From: Euryarchaeota archaeon UBA169 | Lineage (GTDB): Archaea > Thermoplasmatota > Poseidoniia > MGIII > CG-Epi1 | Assembly: GCA_002497685.1 (NCBI GenBank) | Contig: DAEH01000021.1 | Span: forward strand, 1-24,803 | Direction: 5' to 3' | DNA: 24,803 nucleotides | Shown: one piece after another, positions 1 to 7,972 of the stretch | Layout of the letters: each line of letters begins with the position of its first letter | How positions within the stretch are numbered: position 1 is the first letter of the stretch | The notes under the pieces: generated by a model | Told to the model about the DNA's origin: nothing | The model's database searches: none | Seen by the model: only the letters and a program-made list of their open reading frames with translations | Position numbers and translations under genes: made by a program

Positions 1-183
1 TGGGGTAATTCACTTAATGATGAAAAGAAAGCAATTAAGGATTACAGAGCTGCATTAGGCCTAGGCGGGAATGCGACACTTCCAGAATTATATGAAGCAG
101 CAGGAGCAAAGTTTAGTTTTGATGATAAAACGTTAGAGTACGCTGCCAATTTGATAGATGAACAAATTAAGGATTTATCATGA
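1..183 (+). CDS. C-terminal fragment of a probable M3-family oligoendopeptidase (5' truncated by window)
   Basis: Frame 1 is open from base 1 (WGNSLNDEKKAIKDYRAALGLGGNATLPELYEAAGAKFSF...KDLS*) to TGA 181-183. The Y..AL.LG....LPELYEAAG..F.F pattern matches my recollection of M3B peptidase C-termini. ATGA overlap with the next gene. Catalytic HEXXH lies outside the window. Confidence 0.7.
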   Translation, partial: WGNSLNDEKKAIKDYRAALGLGGNATLPELYEAAGAKFSFDDKTLEYAANLIDEQIKDLS

Positions 184-647
184 GTAATATTTCAGTTCAA
201 GAAGAATATGCACCTAATTCAATTTGTTTTGGTTGTGGACCTTCAAATAAAGAAGGTTTACAGATTGAATCATACCGTATAGAAGGAGGGTTAGAGATGG
301 ATTTTGTTTGTGAAGAAAAGCATCAGGCTTTTCCAGGTGTAATTAATGGGGGGATTCTTGGTTCTTTGATTGATTGCCACGGGAACTGGACTGCAGCAAT
401 GGCTATAATGGATGAGAATGGATGGGACAAGCCACAATGTACAGTAACTGCACAATATGAAGTAAAATTAAAGAGACCAACTCCTTTTGGAACTAAACTT
501 AATTTGAAGAGTAGAGTTTTAGGAGTACAGAAAGACAGGGCTGAAGTTATCATTGAACTAAAAGCAGATGGAAAGACATGTGCAACCGGCAGAGGTTTAT
601 TTGTTGCAGTTAAGGAAGGACATCCCGCATACCATCGCTGGCACTGA
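180..647 (+). CDS. PaaI-family (hotdog-fold) acyl-CoA thioesterase
   Basis: CFGCG..N..GL motif, HQAFPGVINGG(ILGSLID) hotdog motif, TA...V..KRPTP strand; 155 aa. Confidence 0.85.
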   Translation: MSNISVQEEYAPNSICFGCGPSNKEGLQIESYRIEGGLEMDFVCEEKHQAFPGVINGGILGSLIDCHGNWTAAMAIMDENGWDKPQCTVTAQYEVKLKRPTPFGTKLNLKSRVLGVQKDRAEVIIELKADGKTCATGRGLFVAVKEGHPAYHRWH

Positions 648-650
648 ATC

Positions 651-1022
651 ATGTCAATCTCATTGGATGTGCTATGGCAAAAGGCAATTGAAGAGCATAA
701 TAATGGAGAGTACCATGAAGCACATGAGTTATTTGAAGATATTTGGCTTGATTTAGAAGATAGAAGGGAAAAAGATATTGTTCAAACATTAGCTCAAGCA
801 GATGCTCTTGCAGTTCATATTGAAACTGGAAATCTTGGGGCTGCTCAAAGATTGATGAGGCTGTTACCTGAATTATTACTCACATTACCTGGCGAATATA
901 GAAAAATTAATTTAATAGAATTTAGAGAATGGGTGGCTCAAATGATCCTAATAGTTCCACAAATAGATCAGATTTCTGCCATTTCAAACAAAGAACCTCC
1001 TAAGTTATTGAATTGCAGATAG
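651..1022 (+). CDS. DUF309-family helical protein
   Basis: N-terminal 'HNNGEYHEAHELFEDIW' matches the DUF309 F/HN.G.Y.EAHE..E..W signature; 123 aa; 3 bp after the thioesterase. Confidence 0.7.
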   Translation: MSISLDVLWQKAIEEHNNGEYHEAHELFEDIWLDLEDRREKDIVQTLAQADALAVHIETGNLGAAQRLMRLLPELLLTLPGEYRKINLIEFREWVAQMILIVPQIDQISAISNKEPPKLLNCR

Positions 1023-2027
1023 TAAAGTTTCGTAATTTTTAGGTTGAGATAAGCAAGAATCTTGTAATGGTTTCACAAGTTGGAAAAGAGCTGCGGCAGT
1101 TCCATTTTTCAAATCAAGTGGGTGTAGTGAGCCTGAAAGGTAATCAGATTCTAGATTGTCATATGATTTAAAGTTTAAATCGCCTCCAAATTTTTCAGGC
1201 CTCTCAATGATTATTTGTCCTAATGCAGGTTCAAGCAAGTGTTGCCAGATGTCAAGAACAGGGTTACCTTGTCTTTCAAGAGGGCAATAAGCTTTGGATA
1301 ATTTCTTAGTTAAAACTTTCTTATTATCATGAATTAATAGAGTTCCATTAGGGTCTGATTTAGACATTTTTGCATCAGTATCCATTCTTCCAGGTCCTGA
1401 TAAGGATCCAAGGAGAGGTGTATGTAGTGCCACAGGCTTTGGTAGTTTCAATTTATCAGCTGCATCTCTTGCTAACATGTGCGCATGTCGTTGATCCATT
1501 CCACCCAATGCTAAGTCGACATCCAATGCATAAATATCAGTAGCCTGCATTGCAGGATAGAAAAATTTAGACATATCCTTATCACCATCACTTTCATCTC
1601 TACCCATTATTGAAAGAGCCCTTCTCATACGCTTTAGACTGCTTGCTTTGGAAACTCGAAGAACCATTTCCCAGTATCCCTCTTCACCCACTAATTCACT
1701 AGCAGTTCTGAATTTAACTCCTGGGCAGAATATAGTGAACATTTGCCTTTGGTATTCAACGCCGGCATTGAGATTTTCCCAGCTTCCTCCGAGTTTATCA
1801 TTAATGTATCCATGCCAATCGGCTAAAAGTACAGTAACTTCAAAACCAGCTTCAATAAGCTCTCTACATTTTAGCATAGGAACTAAAGATCCTGCGTGTA
1901 GTAATCCAGAAGGTTCGAAACCAATATATGCATTTGGATTATCCTTTTTAGAAAGTAATTTATCTAGTTCATCTTCTTTAACACACTCAGCAACTCCTCT
2001 CATTACAAGAGATTTACGATTAGACAT
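1005..2027 (-). CDS. tyrS: Tyrosyl-tRNA synthetase, archaeal type
   Basis: AYIGFEPSG..HAGS (HIGH-like), LLADWHGYINDK, YPAMQATDI, GGMDQR, KMSKS, LHPLDLK. Confidence 0.97.
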   Translation of the reverse strand: MSNRKSLVMRGVAECVKEDELDKLLSKKDNPNAYIGFEPSGLLHAGSLVPMLKCRELIEAGFEVTVLLADWHGYINDKLGGSWENLNAGVEYQRQMFTIFCPGVKFRTASELVGEEGYWEMVLRVSKASSLKRMRRALSIMGRDESDGDKDMSKFFYPAMQATDIYALDVDLALGGMDQRHAHMLARDAADKLKLPKPVALHTPLLGSLSGPGRMDTDAKMSKSDPNGTLLIHDNKKVLTKKLSKAYCPLERQGNPVLDIWQHLLEPALGQIIIERPEKFGGDLNFKSYDNLESDYLSGSLHPLDLKNGTAAALFQLVKPLQDSCLSQPKNYETLLSAIQ

Positions 2028-2082
2028 AATAATTAGTGAAACAGGGCATTAATTAACTGCTTTGGTTTCTAAATTAATATAC

Positions 2083-2098
2083 CGTAAAAGTATTTAAA
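2083..2098 (+). promoter_or_regulatory. BRE/TATA-like element (CGTAAAAG-TATTTAAA) for the acidic-protein/PAC2 operon
   Basis: TATTTAAA at 2091-2098 preceded by a purine-rich BRE-like run, about 30 nt upstream of ATG 2128; fits a leaderless archaeal transcript. Confidence 0.5.
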
Positions 2099-2127
2099 TG
2101 TCGTTTGATAGGTATACTAGAGTTAAT

Positions 2128-2472
2128 ATGTCAGAATCAAATCCCGAAGTACTCAAAGCTGTCCGTCTTCTTGTTGGCGATATCGTAAATAAAGAAAGAT
2201 ATGTAATGTTACCTGCAGAGCCTGGTGAAGGCGATCCCGTACTTGGTAAATTTAGAACTGTAAGTGATGCAAAGAGATTTGCAAATCGTAGTGACATAAC
2301 TGAATTTTCGCTTTGGACTAGATTAAAAGTTGTCGGCGGAGGTTCGTTGAAAGAAGACTTTAATGATTCAGATGATAAAGACGAAATCGATGATGATTTA
2401 GGTGACTTGCTTGATGATGATTCAGATTTACCTGATCTTGAAGAAGATGCAGATTTAGATGAACTTTTATGA
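2128..2472 (+). CDS. Hypothetical protein with very acidic C-terminal tail (114 aa from ATG 2128; ORF track starts at 2098)
   Basis: Open frame; 22 of the last 39 residues are D/E; ATGA overlap with PAC2. Start 2128 is preferred because ATG 2098 lies inside the TATA box. Confidence 0.75.
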   Translation: MSESNPEVLKAVRLLVGDIVNKERYVMLPAEPGEGDPVLGKFRTVSDAKRFANRSDITEFSLWTRLKVVGGGSLKEDFNDSDDKDEIDDDLGDLLDDDSDLPDLEEDADLDELL

Positions 2473-3227
2473 GTAATGAAATAAGTATAACTCAAATTGT
2501 TGAAAAGGATCTAAAAGGTTCTACATTTATTTGTGGTTTTCCAGGCGTAGGTTTAGTAGGTAATATTGTAGCGAATTTCTTAATTAATAATCTTAAATTA
2601 GATCAAATTGGAATTATTGATGGTCCAATGTTCCCTTCAATTTCAGTAGTTAAAGATGGAGTTCCTAATCATCCGATGAGGTTGTATGCAGGTGAACAAG
2701 TTTGTAATAATGGTAAATGTAATCAGATAGTTATATGCGTAAGTGATTTTGTCCCTCCTAATGCAGTTGTGAAAGATCTAGTCAATTGTATATTTGGTTG
2801 GGCAAAGGATAAAGGCTGTACAAGTTTCATAACTAGTGAGGGTTTTTCAGTACCTCCAAGTGATGATGAGAACGAGGGTATTGTATACGGCATAACTTCT
2901 ACAGAATCATCGAAAAAATGGGTAAGTGATGCTAAAGTAACTGCTTTTGAATTTGGAACTATTGGTGGTTTTACCGGAGTTTTATTGAATGAAGGTAGAT
3001 TGCGTTCAATAAATGTACTAGGACTTCTTGCAGAAGTCGAGGAAGATATCCCTGATGCTCGTGCAGCCTCGAAGATTATAGAAGCTATAGATAAACTATT
3101 ACTGGAGATTGATTTAGATCCAAAACCTTTGCTTGAGGAGGCAGCTTCACTTGAGAAAGAGTTACAAAAAGTATCTAAACAATTGCCTGCAGATGGCAAT
3201 AATCAAGTTCCAAGATATATTGGATAA
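2469..3227 (+). CDS. PAC2-family proteasome assembly chaperone-like protein
   Basis: GFPGVGLVGNIVANFL, P.R.Y, G..GVLL, PDARAA motifs; C-terminus PRYIG. Confidence 0.92.
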   Translation: MSNEISITQIVEKDLKGSTFICGFPGVGLVGNIVANFLINNLKLDQIGIIDGPMFPSISVVKDGVPNHPMRLYAGEQVCNNGKCNQIVICVSDFVPPNAVVKDLVNCIFGWAKDKGCTSFITSEGFSVPPSDDENEGIVYGITSTESSKKWVSDAKVTAFEFGTIGGFTGVLLNEGRLRSINVLGLLAEVEEDIPDARAASKIIEAIDKLLLEIDLDPKPLLEEAASLEKELQKVSKQLPADGNNQVPRYIG

Positions 3228-3229
3228 GC

Positions 3230-3257
3230 TTAAAATAACAGATATTTACATGTAAAT
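3230..3257 (+). promoter_or_regulatory. argS promoter: TATA-like TTAAAATA (3230-3237) plus perfect 14-bp palindrome ATTTACATGTAAAT (3244-3257)
   Basis: Both read directly from the sequence; the palindrome abuts the GTG start at 3258. Regulatory role is inferred. Confidence 0.45.
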
Positions 3258-4937
3258 GTGAGCAGAACTTTAAAGGAAGCTAAAGATTCAGTAATTTCTG
3301 AAATTAATGAGCTATTTAATAACTCTGACTTTCCTAAACTTCCTATTGATGAGAATCCAATTCAAGGTGACTTATCTGTCATTTGCTTTCCCGGCGCTAG
3401 GTCTTTGAATAAAAGTGCTGAAGAAGTTGCATATGATGTATCTCTTTTGGTATCTAATATTAATTTTGTCAAGTCTACTTTTATTGTTAAAGCATTTTGC
3501 AACATAATTTTAGACTGGGATGCTCTAGTAATTAATGTTTATAACGATATTAAAGATATTAACTATGGACGAGGTATTCCAAAAAAAGAATCAATTTTAG
3601 TAGAACATACTTCAGCGAATGCCACAGGGCCTTTTCATATGGGAAGAGCTAGAAATCCAATTATAGGAGATAGTATTTCGAGGCTTCTCAAATATGATGG
3701 CTATAATGTTTCTACAGAATATTATGTAAATGACACAGGTAGGCAGGCAGCTACAGTCGCATTTGGAATTAAGAACTATAAAGGAGGTTCTTCAGAGAAG
3801 GAAGATCATAGATTGGTAGAATGTTATAGACAGGCTTCAGAAGAATTAAAAGCTAATGTTGAGGTTAAATCTAAAATTTATGAAAAGATGGAACTTATTG
3901 AAGGTGGCGATAAAGAAGCATTAGATGAAGTGAAAAAAGCAGCTAAGTTAATGCTTTCAGGTATGCAATACTCTTTGAAGAGGTTAAATGCTGAAGCTGA
4001 TTCCTATTTCCATGAGTCTGATTTGATTCAAGATGGGAGTGTAACTAGAGTGATAGACTCTCTAAAAAAGAGTGATATTTGTGTTGAAGAAGAGGGAGCT
4101 TTTTACCTTGACCTAAGTGATAAGAATATAGCGGGAAGGAATCAAAAATTTTTCTTCACACGTAACAATGGTTTGAGTTTATACACTACAAGAGATATAG
4201 CATATCATCTGAACAAGTTTGAAAGGTATTCCAATTCTCTTAATGTATTAGGAGAAGATCATAAGCTTCAAAGTAATCTTTTGAACATAGCTTTGGAAGA
4301 ATTAGGTTCTTCAAAACCAGATAATTTATTTTATTCATTCGTTAATCTTCCAGGAGGTAAAATGTCAACAAGAGCTGGACGTGTAGTTTATTTAGATGAT
4401 ATGATGGATCAAATAGTTCAAGCATCTTTTGAAAGATTGAAAGATGTAGAAATGAGTCCAGAACAGAAAATTTTACTATCTGAAAAAATAGGCATAGGCT
4501 CTTTAAGATATAATATCATTAAAGTTCAGCCAGAAAAAGGTTTTACGTTTAATATTGATGATGCCCTCAGTATTCAAGGAGATTCAGCTCCTTTTGCTAT
4601 GTATTCACATGCTAGAATGTCTTCTATTTTAAGAAAATATGGGCGTGAGGTTCCTGAATTAGTCATTGATGGAAACTTATTTGAATCTGAAATTAACTTA
4701 ATGAGAGTAATGTCAAAATGGCCGGATTTAGTTCGTTCTTCATCAGATAAACTTGCAATACATAAGATTCCAAATTATATTCATCAATTATCCTCTCAAT
4801 TCAATAATTTTTATAGAGATTGTAAAGTTATCGGAGATGTTAATGAGTCATTGAGAATAAATTTGGTATGTTTGTCGAAGAGAATATTATTTGATGCTCT
4901 TGATATAATTGGAATTGAGGCCCCAGAGAGGATGTAG
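3258..4937 (+). CDS. argS: Arginyl-tRNA synthetase
   Basis: VEHTSANATGPFHMGRARN (HIGH region), YYVNDTGRQ, LYTTRDIAYH, KMSTRAG, GDSAPFAMYSHAR; GTG start. Confidence 0.97.
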   Translation: MSRTLKEAKDSVISEINELFNNSDFPKLPIDENPIQGDLSVICFPGARSLNKSAEEVAYDVSLLVSNINFVKSTFIVKAFCNIILDWDALVINVYNDIKDINYGRGIPKKESILVEHTSANATGPFHMGRARNPIIGDSISRLLKYDGYNVSTEYYVNDTGRQAATVAFGIKNYKGGSSEKEDHRLVECYRQASEELKANVEVKSKIYEKMELIEGGDKEALDEVKKAAKLMLSGMQYSLKRLNAEADSYFHESDLIQDGSVTRVIDSLKKSDICVEEEGAFYLDLSDKNIAGRNQKFFFTRNNGLSLYTTRDIAYHLNKFERYSNSLNVLGEDHKLQSNLLNIALEELGSSKPDNLFYSFVNLPGGKMSTRAGRVVYLDDMMDQIVQASFERLKDVEMSPEQKILLSEKIGIGSLRYNIIKVQPEKGFTFNIDDALSIQGDSAPFAMYSHARMSSILRKYGREVPELVIDGNLFESEINLMRVMSKWPDLVRSSSDKLAIHKIPNYIHQLSSQFNNFYRDCKVIGDVNESLRINLVCLSKRILFDALDIIGIEAPERM

Positions 4938-5014
4938 TGGTGGTGAGGGAGAGATTCGAACTCCCGTGGTCACGATCTGCAGTCGTGTGCATAGCCGGGC
5001 TCTGCCACCTCACC
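4938..5014 (-). tRNA. tRNA-Cys(GCA), CCA encoded, intronless, discriminator A73
   Basis: Reverse complement: GGTGAGG TG GCAG AGCCCGGCT ATGC A CACGA CTGCAGA TCGTG ACCAC GGGAG TTCGAAT CTCTC CCTCACC A CCA. Full 7-bp acceptor stem, 5-bp anticodon stem, GCA anticodon with G37, canonical T loop. TATA-like TAATTAATA at 5040-5048 on the same strand. Confidence 0.95.
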
Positions 5015-5048
5015 TAGTATTACCTACATCAAAGAAGGATATTAATTA

Positions 5049-5273
5049 TTAGTTCCCAGTTCTTGCTAGCGTTCTTGAAATATCTGTGCTATTCATTTTC
5101 TTTTTCATATCACTCAAAAGATTCTTGTAATGCGTTACTTGTTCGTTGATTCTTTCAATTTCAGTTTTATCAGCTTCACCCCTAGCATATCTTTCACTTA
5201 CTTTCTCTCTCCGCTTTTCCCACTTTTCTAATTCGTCAAGAACTTCAATAATTTTTTCTTCAACAGTTTTCAT
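5049..5273 (-). CDS. Small charged helical/coiled-coil hypothetical protein (74 aa)
   Basis: ATG 1 bp after the aCPSF1 stop; heptad-like hydrophobic spacing (LDELEKW, IERINEQVTHYKNLLSDMKK). Confidence 0.7.
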   Translation of the reverse strand: MKTVEEKIIEVLDELEKWEKRREKVSERYARGEADKTEIERINEQVTHYKNLLSDMKKKMNSTDISRTLARTGN

Positions 5274-5274
5274 T

Positions 5275-7197
5275 TTACATAAACCTAATTGTTTCTAGGT
5301 TACTAGGAACTCTTGCATCCAATCGAACTTTTCTCCTGATGTCATTAGCAAATTGTTCACATTTTTGTGGGTCACCATGATTTAAAAGAACTATTTTTGG
5401 TCTTGGTCTTATTGTTCTTAGATATCTCATTAATTGTCTTTTATCACTGTGGCCTGAGAAACCTTCACAGGTTTCAACATTCATGTTGACTTTTACAGGA
5501 ATAGTTCCTCCTTTCTCTCTGTCGTGAAGATGTATTTCTTTTGCCCCCTGCTGAACACGCTGCCCCATGGTTCCTGCAGCTTGATAGCCAACAAATACCA
5601 TAGTACTTTTTGAATCAGGAGCCCAATGTCTTAGATACTCCATAACAGGTCCTCCGTTTACCATTCCTGAGGTAGCTAAAACAATAGCAGGTTCTTCTCT
5701 TCCGCAAATCTCTTGTCTCATATCATTACTTTCCACTTTGTTAAAAATTTCGGATCTAAATGGGTTGTCTTGGTTCTGATAAACTTTATTTCTAAGATTA
5801 TTATTCAGATATTCAGGGTAGGCTGAGTGCAACGCCGTAGCTTCCCATATCATTCCATCCAAGTATACTGGCATGTCCTTTAGTTTCCCTTCAGAATGTA
5901 ATTTCTCTAACACGAGCATAACCTCTTGAGATCTACCCACAGCAAAAACAGGAATTAGAATTTTACCTTTTTTCTCTACGGTTCTGTTAATTATTTCATA
6001 TAATGTTCGTGAACCTTCTTCTCTAGCGGGTTGAAAGTCATTGTAACCTCCATATGTAGATTCCATGATTAAGGCCTCTAGTCTTGGGAAATGATTCACA
6101 GCTTTATCAAAAAGCCATGTATTCTCAAATTTAATATCTCCAGAAAAGACAAGATTATATTGTCCATCTCCGACGTGAAAGTGTGCAGCTGCGGAACCAA
6201 GAATATGTCCTGAATTATGGAATGTTAACTTTAGGTCAGGAGAAACATCAGTTGTATCTCCATAATTTAATGGAATAGTGTTTCTTATCGCTTGACGTAT
6301 TTGTTCTGTATTATAAGGGACTTTTTTCCCTTCAGCATTTTGAATTTTTATAAAATCATTTTGTAATAATGAAGCTAGTTCCCTTGTAGGTGGAGTGCAA
6401 TAAATAGGCCCGTCAAAGCCATAAACAAAAAGCATTGGTAATAATGCTGAATGATCTAAGTGTGCATGGGTTAGTACTACAGCATCAATCCCTTCAAGTG
6501 GAGTAACTTCAGGCGCACTCAAAAAAGGACTTGGTTCCTTTTCATTCCCAGGGTTGAATCCACAATCTACCAGCACTTTACTGTCTTTAGTCATTAAAAG
6601 GTGACAAGATCTTCCAACTTCTCTATAACCTCCAAGAGCTGTAACTCTCACGTGTTGTTCTCCTGGGATGGTGTCACGGAACACTTTCTTACCTACTCTT
6701 GTCAGAAACTTTTTTCTCCCTTCAGCAATCTTCTCCTCAAGCATATAATTTCGAATATCTTTCAAAGTTCGAGACTCCATAGGTGAAGAACGAATTACAA
6801 CAGGATTCCACCCAACTTCTCTTCTAATTTGGTTTAGAACAACTCCATGCTTTCCAATAGCTCTTCCAGGATTGGTAGCTTCTAAAATCACGTCACCGTT
6901 TATTTCATCAAATTTAATCTCTACTATGCCGGCTTCTTCAGGTAGTATTTCCTTAAGCTTCTGTTTGGCAGACAATATAGGTTTTCTTACACTCGAATCA
7001 GCTTTAATGACAATTCTCTTTCTAACATTTTGGGCTAATTTTCGGATTAAGTCATTATTATCTGAGAATATTTCCAGATTTGGAGTATACAGGACAACAT
7101 TCGAAGCCTCTACTTTTACATCAGTGAATGTGATACTGTCTGGAATTACTTCTGTTGCGACTTTTTTTACTAGTTTTATTACGTCCTCTACGGCCAT
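5275..7197 (-). CDS. fttA: aCPSF1/FttA: KH-domain beta-CASP ribonuclease, transcription termination factor
   Basis: N-terminal KH domains (PGRAIGKHG), LGGYREVGRSC, THAHLDH metallo-beta-lactamase motif, GHILGS, ESTYG, FAVGRSQE, GFSGHSD, HGD; 640 aa; adjacent to psmB as is typical in archaea. Confidence 0.96.
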   Translation of the reverse strand: MAVEDVIKLVKKVATEVIPDSITFTDVKVEASNVVLYTPNLEIFSDNNDLIRKLAQNVRKRIVIKADSSVRKPILSAKQKLKEILPEEAGIVEIKFDEINGDVILEATNPGRAIGKHGVVLNQIRREVGWNPVVIRSSPMESRTLKDIRNYMLEEKIAEGRKKFLTRVGKKVFRDTIPGEQHVRVTALGGYREVGRSCHLLMTKDSKVLVDCGFNPGNEKEPSPFLSAPEVTPLEGIDAVVLTHAHLDHSALLPMLFVYGFDGPIYCTPPTRELASLLQNDFIKIQNAEGKKVPYNTEQIRQAIRNTIPLNYGDTTDVSPDLKLTFHNSGHILGSAAAHFHVGDGQYNLVFSGDIKFENTWLFDKAVNHFPRLEALIMESTYGGYNDFQPAREEGSRTLYEIINRTVEKKGKILIPVFAVGRSQEVMLVLEKLHSEGKLKDMPVYLDGMIWEATALHSAYPEYLNNNLRNKVYQNQDNPFRSEIFNKVESNDMRQEICGREEPAIVLATSGMVNGGPVMEYLRHWAPDSKSTMVFVGYQAAGTMGQRVQQGAKEIHLHDREKGGTIPVKVNMNVETCEGFSGHSDKRQLMRYLRTIRPRPKIVLLNHGDPQKCEQFANDIRRKVRLDARVPSNLETIRFM

Positions 7198-7225
7198 TTG
7201 ACCTTCCTTAATTGTTGACTTACGT

Positions 7226-7852
7226 CTACAAATTAGCTTGAATTTTGTCTATTTCATCAAAGGAAACTTTGTGATATCCTTTTGAGTCTATAACACACAT
7301 GGAGATTCCATCTCCTGAGGCTGAATCTCTCTTCATTGCTGCAGTTAATGCTCTGACTCCCAATTCTTTCCCCTCTTTTATAGTCATGTTCTCTTTAAAT
7401 CTGTCTTCTAAAACACCATATACAAATGGCGATCCAGAACCGGTTGTCTGGAATTTATCAGGTATTGAACCACCTGCAGCATCTAGTGAATATACATGTC
7501 CACCTTCCGAATCTATTCCGCCAAGTAGTAGTTGTACCCAGAATGGCATATATCTTCTTCCGTTCATAATGTTTGCCATCAAAGTAGATGCAGCTTTTAG
7601 AGACATATGTGTCCCATTTTTAAGTTCATAAAGTTTAACTTCAGCAGATAGCCATCGTGCAAGCATTTGTGCATCACCAACTAATCCTGCTACTGTTAAA
7701 CCCATGTTGTCGGATATTCTGAAAAGCTTCTTTGTTGTTTTGTGTCCAATGAGGTTTCCCATTGTGGCTCTCATCTCTGTTGCCATTACAATGCCATCTT
7801 TGCAGACTAATCCTATAGTTGTTGTACCTTTTTTTAAATCTTTTTCTGACAA
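7226..7852 (-). CDS. psmB: 20S proteasome beta subunit
   Basis: 9-aa propeptide then G/TTTIGL catalytic Thr, GLVGDAQ, GSGS, RDSASGD; TTG start with GGAGG SD upstream. Confidence 0.96.
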   Translation of the reverse strand: MSEKDLKKGTTTIGLVCKDGIVMATEMRATMGNLIGHKTTKKLFRISDNMGLTVAGLVGDAQMLARWLSAEVKLYELKNGTHMSLKAASTLMANIMNGRRYMPFWVQLLLGGIDSEGGHVYSLDAAGGSIPDKFQTTGSGSPFVYGVLEDRFKENMTIKEGKELGVRALTAAMKRDSASGDGISMCVIDSKGYHKVSFDEIDKIQANL

Positions 7853-7972
7853 AAAACTCCTCCACGAGTAAAACTAATGATTCATCGGAACCTTGTATAT
7901 TAGATTAATGCCAGTCCTAAAAGCATAAACAATAGTTAAATATCGGTCACCAATCGACACTAGAGGTAAGTA
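7853..7972. promoter_or_regulatory. Divergent psmB / pcn control region
   Basis: Minus strand: SD GGAGGAG (7857-7863) and TATA-like TAATATAC near 7896-7903. Plus strand: TTAAATA (7936-7942) and SD GAGGT (7963-7967) before GTG 7973. Confidence 0.55.

Noticed and set aside
645-653. In-frame stop-to-start junctions that would give fusions on readthrough (thioesterase TGA-ATC-ATG DUF309; also pcn TAG/argF ATG at 8726-8731 and DUF373 TAA/trm56 ATG at 22122-22127)
   Set aside because: Each partner is a complete stand-alone family member, the stops differ, and no SECIS/PYLIS-like structure or recoding gene is visible; one in three tight junctions is in frame by chance.
1887-1900. TyrRS HIGH motif reads HAGS
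   Set aside because: The HIGH motif is variable in archaeal TyrRS; KMSKS and the tyrosine-pocket residues are intact.
2098-2127. ORF-track start at 2098 (and likewise 20961 for DUF373)
   Set aside because: These extensions overlap promoter elements; downstream ATGs (2128, 21024) fit TATA spacing, and for DUF373 also the family N-terminus.
4938-4960. tRNA 3' end as an integration site for a mobile element
   Set aside because: No duplicate of the tRNA 3' end, no integrase and no foreign block; argS abuts it directly.
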